NCBI GenBank assembly: GCA_965242865.1
Contig: CBDETK010000013.1
Span: forward strand, 3,360,001-3,424,000
From: Candidatus Latescibacterota bacterium
GTDB lineage: Bacteria > Latescibacterota > UBA2968 > UBA8231
Direction: 5' to 3'
Length of the DNA stretch: 64,000 bases
Of this stretch, positions 1-9,247 are shown in pieces (position 1 is the stretch's first letter; the number at the start of each line of letters is the position of its first letter). Below the pieces are notes generated by a model. The model was given only the letters and a program-made list of their open reading frames with translations. It had not been told where the DNA came from and did not search any database. The position numbers were made by a program, and so were the translations under genes.

Positions 1-1
1 T

Positions 2-628
2 ATTACTAGTTTGAGTAGTTGGGAGATTTCTCAGGAGCGAGAAATGCGCCTCGGTTCTGAGATGTCTACTGCATCCGGTGTTCTGCACGAAATCGACATC
101 GTGGCCAAGCACCCAGATGTCACTGCTATAATGGAGTTGAAGAACCGGCAGGGGCCTCCAGAGAAAAACGACGTAATAGTCTTCTTTGCCAAGATACTAG
201 ACTATCTCGCCCTCAATCCGGATTTGTTATTGAAGGAGTTGTGCCCTGTATTCATGTCTACCGCGGCGTTCGACCCCAACGGCTTGGCTGCGTGTCTTGG
301 GCTTGGCATCCACCCGGTAAGCCCTAGTTTGAGACCTGTTCCCATACTCGTTGATAATGCAAAGAGGATTAACGTGGAACTGCGTCGGGGTCTCCAAGTT
401 TCAGAAGAATTCCATGACCGGTTTCAAGATTTTTGTGCCGAGCTTAACAATGTATGGCTGAAGTTAATGGATAATTGGATCAGCAGTAGGTTCGGCTATC
501 GTTCTGAAAATACTATTGTGTTAAAGGCGGGTGCTGAATCTGAACCTCAGGTAATCAGCCATTCGCTTCGGCAGCTTAACGTGGACTGTAATTGGCTTTT
601 AGCCAGTGCCCGGGAGGCGATGCAGTGA
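2..628 (+). CDS. PD-(D/E)XK restriction-endonuclease-like protein, 5' partial
   Basis: Frame is open from base 2. Motif HEIDIVAK...MELKNR fits the D...ExK nuclease core. The stop overlaps the next start (GTGA, 625-628). Confidence 0.6.
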   Translation: MTSLSSWEISQEREMRLGSEMSTASGVLHEIDIVAKHPDVTAIMELKNRQGPPEKNDVIVFFAKILDYLALNPDLLLKELCPVFMSTAAFDPNGLAACLGLGIHPVSPSLRPVPILVDNAKRINVELRRGLQVSEEFHDRFQDFCAELNNVWLKLMDNWISSRFGYRSENTIVLKAGAESEPQVISHSLRQLNVDCNWLLASAREAMQ

Positions 629-1716
629 ATATAACTAGCTACAACGTAACCGATGTTGGCTATCACTATATCGGACTGCGCGTATTGGCAGGTTTGCCTT
701 CTAGTGCTCGCCGAGAGGAGCAGACAGACACAATTGCTAAGAGCGTCCGCAAATATGTCAGTGACAAAGCTTTGCGGCTAATGTTACCGGAGCCGAGGGG
801 TACATTCGAGACCGTGGGTGAAAAAATTTGTCCTGAATTGGTACATCTCCAATTTGCCAAGTCCGTCAAGAGGAGGGCGTATGAACTGACGGATAAGGGC
901 AGGGCAGTTTTATCCCTTCTTGATAATCGTCAATTCCAAAAACTGCGGCGCGTTATGGCTACGGAGCATTTGCGGACTTATGATAATCTCCGATTGGTAG
1001 TCAAGAAGCACTTAGAATTGGAGGCTATTTGGCGTCCAGTAGTAAGTGCTGACAGATTTGATAACAGTGATTACATCACTGGTTTACTTGTTCCTACATT
1101 CGGTGAAGAAGCAGCTAAGCAGGCCGACCAAGTATTATCGACACTGAATGGTAGTAATCCTAAGAAAATGGAGGATGCCTTACGTCATCGCATTCTGCTA
1201 AAGGCGGTTCCCGAAATGCGTATAGGCGTTCCCATATTCAGAGCGATTTGTGATCGATTGGTAAGTCTCCGATTATTAAACCAAATGAAGCATAACCAGA
1301 AAGGTTATGAGTTCTTAAAGACGTATACTCCTTGTATGGCGAATTTTCCTCCGAATGATTGGCATGTCCCACTAGATGTTCGTCTTAACTCGGACGAATC
1401 TTTCAACATATATTTTTGCGAACCGGACATAGCTGATTCTAAAGTACTCGACAAACTCCTTAAGGCCATTTACGAGGTGTTCGACAGCTTGACTCCGATC
1501 GCCGGATACTATGACTTACCTGAGGTCCGGGATAGGGTCAGCGAATATTTGAAGATACCAGAAGCGGCGTTCGACGAGGGCCTCAACCATATCCTTGACT
1601 TGGACCCTCGCCCCTTAACGGTCGGCCTACAATACGAGGGTATCACCGGTCGGCGAAAGCCATTGGTGCGTGACCGGGGTTCTACCCAAATCTATAACCT
1701 TATCAGGAAGGCATAA
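625..1716 (+). CDS. Hypothetical protein with probable winged-helix domain(s)
   Basis: GTG at 625 after a GGGAGG RBS. YELTDKGR is a typical wHTH wing signature. TAATG overlap with the next gene. Confidence 0.6.
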   Translation: MNITSYNVTDVGYHYIGLRVLAGLPSSARREEQTDTIAKSVRKYVSDKALRLMLPEPRGTFETVGEKICPELVHLQFAKSVKRRAYELTDKGRAVLSLLDNRQFQKLRRVMATEHLRTYDNLRLVVKKHLELEAIWRPVVSADRFDNSDYITGLLVPTFGEEAAKQADQVLSTLNGSNPKKMEDALRHRILLKAVPEMRIGVPIFRAICDRLVSLRLLNQMKHNQKGYEFLKTYTPCMANFPPNDWHVPLDVRLNSDESFNIYFCEPDIADSKVLDKLLKAIYEVFDSLTPIAGYYDLPEVRDRVSEYLKIPEAAFDEGLNHILDLDPRPLTVGLQYEGITGRRKPLVRDRGSTQIYNLIRKA

Positions 1717-3077
1717 TGATGCTAAGAGTACCTAAGAAGGGCCTACAACAAACGACTTCTCCCTATAAAAAACTTGGTCTGAAAGACTTGCCATTTCCTA
1801 ACGACCCTGTCTCTGATCCATATAATACTGACCCTCGGCGCAATGGTACCATTTATGCTGAGGGACCGATGCGTCCAAGCATCGAAAAATTTGAGCAGCT
1901 TTTGATTCGTCCCAACGATTTCCAAAATAGAGTTCGGCTTGCCTATCTTTGGTCCAAGGGAGACACTGAGTCGAGCCGAGGCATGGGCAAGACAGCGTTG
2001 CTCCGTTACTTTCGGCAGCGTATCAACCAAGACTGGGGGTGGACGGAATTCGATGGGCAATTCTCTGCGCTGGTGGTTTACGTATCTTTTCCTAACCAAG
2101 TAGACCGGCGCTTTATGGAGCAGTTGGCTTTGTCGGCATTGGTTGATGTGTGTGAAAGCGGCGTACTGAGAGCATCGCAGGCCGCTCTACGAATGCAGCA
2201 TCTGACAGACCAAGAAGTTCAACAGGTTGAGACAAAACCAGACGGAACCCGAGATCCCGCTAATCTGTTGGCTGACGACATATTGCACGCCAACGGGATA
2301 GACGCTGTGTAACTGAACCTAAAGGTTACGAACCAGCTAACTACAGAAGGAATACGACCCGAATCAGCATCAGCTCTTGCCACAGGCGGGTTTGAAGACT
2401 ATCTGAAGTCCTTTAGAAAGGACAACAGTCTCAAACCGTTCTATGTTCCCCGTGACACAAAGCTATTGGATCTCTCACGCGATTTTCTTTTCAATGACAT
2501 AGTCCTCTACTTGAAATCCGCTGGTTTCGCCGGAGGATATCTCTTTATTGATGACATAGAGAACCTTGTCGACCAAATGGCGCGTAGACATCGCGTGGAG
2601 TTTGCAAAGGAATTCGCCCTATGCACTGTTCGCCCAGGATATGCAAACACAGCACACAACTTTTTTTCTTGCGTACTGACTACCCACCAACAGGCCTCGG
2701 TAGGCTTGTCTACAGCTTGGGGGGAAGCGGGGTTGGCAGGAGTTGCCCGATTGGATCCTAGCGATCCCAATTCAGTAGAACTTCCGCTTCCGAGTACGGA
2801 CCAAGCCAGAGAGATCATAGTTGCCCACCTTGACTACTATCGGGACAATCCCGGAGACCGTGGCACCATTAAGCCCTTCACTGAAGACGGGATGGCGGCC
2901 CTGTTGAAGAATAGACAACATCCTCGCATCCTGTTGAGACCAGCGGCTTCGGTGGTCAGTCGTGCTGCCCAAGAAGGGGTAACTTCAATAGATGCGGCGT
3001 ATGTGGATGCGGTAAGCGAGGGTGCAACGGTTCAATCCACGTCCGACTGCACTGAAGGTATTGAAGGCGCAGTGTAG
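1716..3077 (+). pseudogene. P-loop AAA+ ATPase (ExeA/Cdc6-like) split by one in-frame TAA at 2310-2312
   Basis: ORFs 1716-2312 and 2466-3077 share a frame and the codons between them are open. Walker A-like GDTESSRGMGKT, Walker B GYLFIDDIE, N-terminal YxxLGLxxxPF and a C-terminal PFT...HPR lid. Confidence 0.75.
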
Positions 3078-3223
3078 AGCCGCTGGGGTTAGCCCGCCAA
3101 TCATCGATCATATTTGAGTCACCGGAAGCACCTCTGCCACTTCCCTACGCTGATCCCATCCAAGCAATCAGGGTCGAGAAGGCGATTACCGTACCGACTG
3201 ATAGTGTCATTCCCGGTTCACCA

Positions 3224-3328
3224 TTAGGACTCTGCGCTCGAGGTGGCCACCTCGTCGGCGGTAAAAAACGGGCGCAGGACGACGGAGCCAAAGGTCTGAA
3301 AGTGCTGGTATTGTTCGCTGCTGAGCAT
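3224..3328 (-). pseudogene. Truncated N-terminus of a PhyH-family dioxygenase (34 aa)
   Basis: AGGAG RBS, then MLSSEQYQHFQTFGSVVLRPFFTADEVAT, resembling the usual PhyH start (LT.EQ...F...G..V....), then an early stop at the edge of the AT-richer block. Confidence 0.55.
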
Positions 3329-3351
3329 GGGAACTCTCCTGTGGGGTGTGC

Positions 3352-3930
3352 CTATCCCGCGTTGAGGATCTGGCTGCGGCGGAAGCAGCCGAGTACGTGG
3401 TCGTTGACCAAGCCGGTGGCCTGCATGTGGGCGTAGATGACGGTTGAGCCGATGAATTTGAAGCCGCGGCGCTTGAGATCTTTGCTCAAGGCGTCGGATT
3501 CGCGGCTGGTGGCCGGCAAATCGGCGAGGGTGCGAAACTCGTTGACCAGGGGCCGGCCATCGACAAAGCGCCAGATATAGGCGGCGAAGCAGCCGAATTC
3601 GTCCTGCACGGCGAGGAAGTGCCGCGCGTTTTCTACGGCCGCGCTGATCTTGCGGCGATTGCGAATCAGCCCGGGGTCTTGGAGCATCTGTTCGATGTTG
3701 GCCGCGCTGAAGCGAGCGACCTTGGCCGGGTCAAATTCGGCGAAGGCTTGGCGGTAGTTGGCGCGCTTGCGCAGGACGGTGTACCAACTGAGGCCGGCTT
3801 GGGCGGACTCGAGGGTGAGAAACTCAAAGTGCTTGCGGTCATCGTGAACGGGGACGCCCCACTCGCGGTCGTGGTACGCGACGTAATCGGGCTTGTCGAG
3901 GTCGAGCCATGGGCAGCGTTGGAGAGCCAT
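3352..3930 (-). CDS. tag: DNA-3-methyladenine glycosylase I
   Basis: RCPW...YHDREWGVP, LESAQAGLSW, LKRRGFKFIG, GLVNDH motifs. Confidence 0.95.
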   Translation of the reverse strand: MALQRCPWLDLDKPDYVAYHDREWGVPVHDDRKHFEFLTLESAQAGLSWYTVLRKRANYRQAFAEFDPAKVARFSAANIEQMLQDPGLIRNRRKISAAVENARHFLAVQDEFGCFAAYIWRFVDGRPLVNEFRTLADLPATSRESDALSKDLKRRGFKFIGSTVIYAHMQATGLVNDHVLGCFRRSQILNAG

Positions 3931-3931
3931 A

Positions 3932-6337
3932 TCAGCGAGCGGGAAAATCAAACGCGGCTTGGTGCTCCGGCCCGAGCTTCAACCGCGCGTCGAATTTGTG
4001 GCCCTTTTTGCTTTTGAAGCCCTTGATCAGGCCGGTTTTGCCCTTGGCGATCAAGGTGTGGATTTGCTTTGCGGTCAACTGCTTACCGGCCATTTCCTTC
4101 CACACCACAAAGTTGCATCCTTGGCGATAGCGATTGCAGCCAAAGCCGCGCTGGCCCTCGATGATTTGGCCCTGCCGACACTTGGGGCAGGTGAGGGCGG
4201 GGGCTGGCTCTCCTGACCGAGCGGAGCCATTTTGCGGCGGATCGTCAAACGCAAATACTACTTTGAACTCGTCGTCGAATTTGAGCCGCGCCGCAAACTT
4301 CTTGCCGGCTTTGGAGGTAAAGCCCTGCATCTTTTCGGTGCGGCCATTGGCTAGCAACAACTGGGCCTGCTTTTCGGTCAGCCGCTTGCGCGCCACCGTC
4401 TTCCAGATAGTCAAGTTGCAGCCGTCTCGGTAGCGGCTGCAGCCGTACGCCTTGGCGTTTTCTACTACTTGGCCCTCCTTGCACTTGGGACAAGGTCCCA
4501 ACACTTTGCCGCGGCCTCGCTTCTTGCCTCGGGCCTCGGCCGCTTGCTCAGGCGAGAGTGCCGGCCCCTGCTGGACTTTGGGGACCAGCGATTTCACTAA
4601 GCCGGCGATCTCGGCGTAGAATTTCGCGGCTGGACGCTGCCCCTCCTCCACTTCCTTGAGCTGCTGCTCCCATTCGGCCGTCAGCGCTGGACTACGCAGC
4701 GGTTCGGCCACCAAGCTCACCAGTGCTTTGCCCTTCTCGGTCGAAGTGATCGCCTTGCGGTCGCGGACGACGTAGCCGGTGCGAATCAGCTTCTCAATGG
4801 TCTCGGCCCGCGTGGCCGGCGTCCCCAGCCCGGATTCCTTCATGGCCGCGGCCAATTCGTCGTCCTCGATTTCGCGGCCGGCGTTTTTCATGGCCGCTAG
4901 GAGCGTGGCGTCCGTGTAGGGGCGCGGCGGCTGGGTTTCCTTCTCGACCACATCCATGCGCGTCACGCGAACTTGCTGACCTCGTTGCAACGGCGGGAGG
5001 GCCACTCGCTCCTCCTTTCCTTGGCCCGGGGGTCGGATGGCTACCACTGTCCAGCCGGCCTCTAAGACGACCGACCCTTTGGCCACAAAGTCGGCGCCGC
5101 CGATGTCGATGAGTACCGTGGTTTCCTCAACCACTTGGTCGGGCAGAAAGACCCCGACAAAGCGCGCCACGATTAGGTCGTACACCTTCTGTAAGTCCGG
5201 CGCCAGATTGGGGGCGGGCTGTTGCCCGGTGGGAATAATGGCGTGGTGGTCGGTGAGCTTGGTGCGATCGACATACGCCTTGCCGAGCCGATGCCCACCG
5301 CGCAGACGCGCCAGCGCGGCCTCGGCCTGCGGGTGCGCTAACTTTGCTAGGATGCCGGGCAGCTTAGGCACCATATCCTCGGAGATGTGGCGGCTCTCAG
5401 TGCGCGGGTACGTGATGAGCTTGTGGGTTTCGTACAGGGCTTGGGCGCGTTCGAGGGTTTGCGCCGCAGTAAAGCCAAAGCAGCGGTTGGCGTCGCGCTG
5501 GAGGTTGTTGAGGTCGTAGAGGGCGGGTGGCCGGTGTTTTTTGACTTTCTGCTCAATTTTGCGGACGGTGCCGACCTCGTGGGGGCTGAGTTGGCGATGC
5601 AGGCGCTCGGCTTCCTCTTTTTGGTCGATGCGCGTCTGCCCATCCTTGCAGTACTTGGCGGCAAAGCCCTCGGCTAGCTGCGCCACCAACTCGTAAAAGT
5701 ACGCCTTTACAAAGCGGGCAATCGCTGCATCGCGCTGGACCACCATGGACAAGGTCGGCGTCTGCACTCGGCCAATGGTGCAGAGCGCGTTGTTGTGGAC
5801 GGTATAGGCGCGGGTCAGGTTCATGCCCATCAGCCAATCGGCTTGGCTGCGCGCCCGGGCGGCCGCAGCCAGAGGATCGAAGGCCGCTCCCTCCTGCAAG
5901 GCGCGAAAGCCGCTCTGGATGGCCTCGTCGGTCAGGCTCGAAATCCACAGCCTGTCAACCGGCTTTTTGCAGCGGGCGTGCTCGTAGATCAGGCGAAAGA
6001 TGTGCTCGCCCTCGCGCCCGGCGTCCGTCGCGCAGATGACGCGCTCGGTCTGCGGGCTGTTGAGCAATTTTTTGACGATTTGGTATTGGTCGGCGGTCGA
6101 GCGCGTCGTCTTGAGCTTCCACTGCTCGGGGATCATCGGCAGTTGGGTAAAGGACCAGCGGCCATTCCAAGGCGGGCCGTAATCGTCTGGCTCGGCGAGT
6201 TGCACGAGGTGCCCTAGGGCCGAGGTGACGATGTAGCCGTTGCCTTCGACGTAGCCTGGGCCGCGTTTGTTGACGCCGAGGACCCGGGCAATGTCGCGTG
6301 CCACACTGGGCTTTTCGGTGAGGACGACGATGGCCAT
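3932..6337 (-). CDS. topB: DNA topoisomerase III (type IA) with C-terminal Zn-ribbon/Toprim C-terminal repeats
   Basis: EKPSVA, CATDAGREGE, GRVQTPT, ITYPRT (catalytic Tyr), GLGTPATR; two CPKC...GC repeats with FxSKxGxKFxARL. Confidence 0.93.
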   Translation of the reverse strand: MAIVVLTEKPSVARDIARVLGVNKRGPGYVEGNGYIVTSALGHLVQLAEPDDYGPPWNGRWSFTQLPMIPEQWKLKTTRSTADQYQIVKKLLNSPQTERVICATDAGREGEHIFRLIYEHARCKKPVDRLWISSLTDEAIQSGFRALQEGAAFDPLAAAARARSQADWLMGMNLTRAYTVHNNALCTIGRVQTPTLSMVVQRDAAIARFVKAYFYELVAQLAEGFAAKYCKDGQTRIDQKEEAERLHRQLSPHEVGTVRKIEQKVKKHRPPALYDLNNLQRDANRCFGFTAAQTLERAQALYETHKLITYPRTESRHISEDMVPKLPGILAKLAHPQAEAALARLRGGHRLGKAYVDRTKLTDHHAIIPTGQQPAPNLAPDLQKVYDLIVARFVGVFLPDQVVEETTVLIDIGGADFVAKGSVVLEAGWTVVAIRPPGQGKEERVALPPLQRGQQVRVTRMDVVEKETQPPRPYTDATLLAAMKNAGREIEDDELAAAMKESGLGTPATRAETIEKLIRTGYVVRDRKAITSTEKGKALVSLVAEPLRSPALTAEWEQQLKEVEEGQRPAAKFYAEIAGLVKSLVPKVQQGPALSPEQAAEARGKKRGRGKVLGPCPKCKEGQVVENAKAYGCSRYRDGCNLTIWKTVARKRLTEKQAQLLLANGRTEKMQGFTSKAGKKFAARLKFDDEFKVVFAFDDPPQNGSARSGEPAPALTCPKCRQGQIIEGQRGFGCNRYRQGCNFVVWKEMAGKQLTAKQIHTLIAKGKTGLIKGFKSKKGHKFDARLKLGPEHQAAFDFPAR

Positions 6338-6478
6338 AGATGTATGCTACCAATCGACTAGCGCCGACGCAATGGCGACTCCTTTTAGCTATTCGCCAAC
6401 GGACCGTATCGCGCTATATTCAAGCGCAGATTGAATCCTTCAACTTCGACCCTTCCCTACCGCAAAAAGGCCCGCCTC

Positions 6479-7807
6479 ATGCCCTCACCCATCCTCCTGA
6501 CCGACGCCCAAGTCCAAGCCTATTTGACCCAAGGCTACATCACCGTGCAAACCGCTCACCCGCCCGCGGTCCACCAAAACATCCACCGCCAAATCGAAAC
6601 CCTCTTCGCCGCCGACGGCAATCCCGGCAACGATATCCTCCCCAAAGTCCCAGACCTGTACCAAATCCTCCAAGACCCGGCGGTTGACGGCGCGCTCCAG
6701 AGCCTCCTCGGCCCCGCCTACCTCATTCACCCGCACCGCCACTGCCACCACAACCCCAGCGGGTCCCCAGGCCAAGGCATGCACCAAGATAGCTATGAAA
6801 ACGACCAGAACGTCCGCCACCACCGCACGCGCTGGACCATGGCCTTCTACTATCCACAGGACGTCGGCTTGGACATGGGACCGACCGCGATTTTGCCCGC
6901 CACCCAATACTACAATTCGTCTGAGCAGGCCCACGAGCGGCAGGAGCAGCCGCTCTGCGGTCGGGCCGGAACGGTGACCATCGTCCACTACGACCTCTGG
7001 CACCGCGCCATGCCCAATGCCAGCGACCACGACCGCTTCATGGTCAAGTTTCTCTTTACCCGCATGGGCGAGCCGCAGGCTCCCTCGTGGAATTATCGCG
7101 GTGGCACTTGGCGGGCCGAAGGTGCGGAGCCGCCCGCCGCGCTATGCCGTCGCGCCTGGGACTGGATGCGAGGCACCGATACCGCAGCTCCTACGGCGGC
7201 TGCGCTCAACGAGTTGCGTCGGGCTTTAGAAGCCGAAGCCGAAGCCGAGCGGTTGCGTGCCGTATATGCCTTGGCCACGCACGGCGAGGAAGCAATGCCC
7301 CTCCTCTTGAACGCGCTGCGCCGCGAGGCCAAAACGCGCCTCAAAGCCAATCTAGCGAACGCACACACCAACCCCAGCCAACTCGACGCGGTCTTTGCCC
7401 TTTCCGCTGTTGGTCGCGCCGCAGTGCCCCACGTGGTGGAGTTGCTCGGCGAAAACGAGTGGTGGCTCCGCGCTGCGGCCGCCGATGTACTCGGCGACTT
7501 GGGCACCACAGCGTCCGACGCCGTGCCCCAGCTCACTCGCACGCTCGACGACGAGGCCGAGTGGGTGCGGCGCAATGCGGTTGAAGCACTCGGCCACATC
7601 GGTCCGGCCGCGGCCGACGCCGTGCCCGCCTTGAGCCGTTGCCTACGAGATTCCGAGAGCTGGATCCGCCACAACGCCGCCCTCGCGCTGGCCAAGATCG
7701 GCCCGGCTGCGGCCGAGGCTGCGCCTGCCCTGCGCCAAAGCATCGACGACGAGGACTATTACGCCCGGGCCAACGCGGCCGTGGCTTTGGAGCGCATCAG
7801 CCCTTAA
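6479..7807 (+). CDS. PhyH-family Fe/2OG dioxygenase fused to HEAT repeats
   Basis: HQD...LWH triad and DMGPT motif; C-terminal WVRRNAVEALG-type HEAT repeats. Confidence 0.85.
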   Translation: MPSPILLTDAQVQAYLTQGYITVQTAHPPAVHQNIHRQIETLFAADGNPGNDILPKVPDLYQILQDPAVDGALQSLLGPAYLIHPHRHCHHNPSGSPGQGMHQDSYENDQNVRHHRTRWTMAFYYPQDVGLDMGPTAILPATQYYNSSEQAHERQEQPLCGRAGTVTIVHYDLWHRAMPNASDHDRFMVKFLFTRMGEPQAPSWNYRGGTWRAEGAEPPAALCRRAWDWMRGTDTAAPTAAALNELRRALEAEAEAERLRAVYALATHGEEAMPLLLNALRREAKTRLKANLANAHTNPSQLDAVFALSAVGRAAVPHVVELLGENEWWLRAAAADVLGDLGTTASDAVPQLTRTLDDEAEWVRRNAVEALGHIGPAAADAVPALSRCLRDSESWIRHNAALALAKIGPAAAEAAPALRQSIDDEDYYARANAAVALERISP

Positions 7808-7936
7808 CAACCGGCTGGCACTTCCGACGAATGGAAATGCGGCAATCGCCGCGCATCTTGCGCTTGTGGATGGAGCGCGAGGCGGCGTGAAGGCCGAAGG
7901 CTTCAGGCGATGGCAGGAACTGGGAAGAAGGATCGG

Positions 7937-9049
7937 CTACAATCCTTTGAACAGGATCGCGCCCATGGTGGACAGCCAGCTAGCTAAGACGATGCCGATG
8001 GTCCAGCGGAAATAGGCTCCGAGCTTGTTGTGGAAATCGCGCACGATCGCGTCGTACTTATTATGCAGATTGCGCTCTACCGCGTCGATTTTGTCATGCA
8101 GTTCCCGATGCGCCACGGCACTCTCCTTGCGAAGCGTCTGCACGGACGCGGCATTCTCCGCTCGGATCGTCTGCACGGACGTGTCGATTTTCTCGTTCAG
8201 GCTCTGATAGGACGCGGCATTTTCGTCGCGGAGTATCTGCACGGACGTGTCGATCTTCTCATGCAGTTCCCGATGCGCCACGGCACTCTCCTCGCGGAGC
8301 GTCTGCACGGACGCAGCATTCTCGTCGCGGAGTATCTGCACGGACGTGTCGATCTTCTCATGCAGGCTCCGATGCGCCACGGCACCCTCGTCGCGCAGGG
8401 TCTGCACGGACGCGGCATTCTCGTCGCGGAGTATCTGCACGGACGTGTCGATCTTCTCATGCAGGCTCCGATGCGCCACGGCACCCTCGTCGCGCAGGGT
8501 CTGCACGGACGCAGCATTTTCGTCGCGGAGTATCTGCACGGACGTGTCGATCTTCTCATGTAGGCTCCGATGCGCCACGGTACTCTCCTCGCGGAGCGTC
8601 TGCACGGACGCGGCATTTTCGTCGCGGAGCGTCTGCACGGACGTGTCGATTTTCTCATGCAGTTCCCGATGCGCCACGGCACTCTCCTCGCGGAGTATCT
8701 GCACGGACGCAGCATTTTCGTCTCGGAGTGTCTGGACGGACGTGTCGATTTTCTCATGCAGTTCCCGATGCGCCACGGCATTCTCGTCGCGGAGTGTCTG
8801 GACGGACGTGTCGATTTTCTCATGCAGTTCCCGATGCGCCACGGTACTCTCGTCGCGGAGCGTCTGCATGGAAGCGGCATTCTTATTGTGCAGCGTCTGC
8901 ACCGCCGCATCCTGCTTTTCATGCAGACCTTGAACGGACACATCGAGCTTATCGCTGACGGCTCGCACGTCGCTTTCAATCAACTCTAAGCGGCGGTTGA
9001 TCTGCTGTAATACGTCGCGGGTGGTTATCTCGGATGTCTCAGGGGTCAT
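7937..9049 (-). CDS. Coiled-coil repeat protein with C-terminal TM anchor (DUF1640/CCDC90-like architecture)
   Basis: AAGGAG RBS; 11-aa modules HRELHEKIDTS, VQTLRDENAAS, VQTLREESAVA; terminal FRWTIGIVLASWLSTMGAILF helix. Confidence 0.75.
   Translation of the reverse strand: MTPETSEITTRDVLQQINRRLELIESDVRAVSDKLDVSVQGLHEKQDAAVQTLHNKNAASMQTLRDESTVAHRELHEKIDTSVQTLRDENAVAHRELHEKIDTSVQTLRDENAASVQILREESAVAHRELHEKIDTSVQTLRDENAASVQTLREESTVAHRSLHEKIDTSVQILRDENAASVQTLRDEGAVAHRSLHEKIDTSVQILRDENAASVQTLRDEGAVAHRSLHEKIDTSVQILRDENAASVQTLREESAVAHRELHEKIDTSVQILRDENAASYQSLNEKIDTSVQTIRAENAASVQTLRKESAVAHRELHDKIDAVERNLHNKYDAIVRDFHNKLGAYFRWTIGIVLASWLSTMGAILFKGL
8085..8900 (-). repeat. Intragenic tandem array of 33-bp modules (66/99-bp higher-order units); ends approximate
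   Basis: Recurrent ctgcacggacgtgtcgat and cgatgcgccacgg blocks spaced in multiples of 33 bp. Confidence 0.9.
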
Positions 9050-9247
9050 CTCGGTATTGCTCCTTGATTGGGGTTAAAATAGACAACAGAAACAGACAAG
9101 CAAAATGCGAGCCACCTTTTTTCTCTAAGGGAATCGCCGTTGTATTGCCTCTTTTTTTGTATCTAATGGCAGACAATGTGACCCCTGTCCTATACAGTCG
9201 ACTCCCCCCTTGATAGCGGCCCGTCAGGCCCTATCTTGTTTGTCGCC

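Noticed and set aside
8025-8989. Long overlapping ORFs on both strands, and a CRISPR-like look
   Set aside because: By-products of stop-free 33-bp coding repeats; only 7937-9049 has an RBS, a unique head and a TM anchor.
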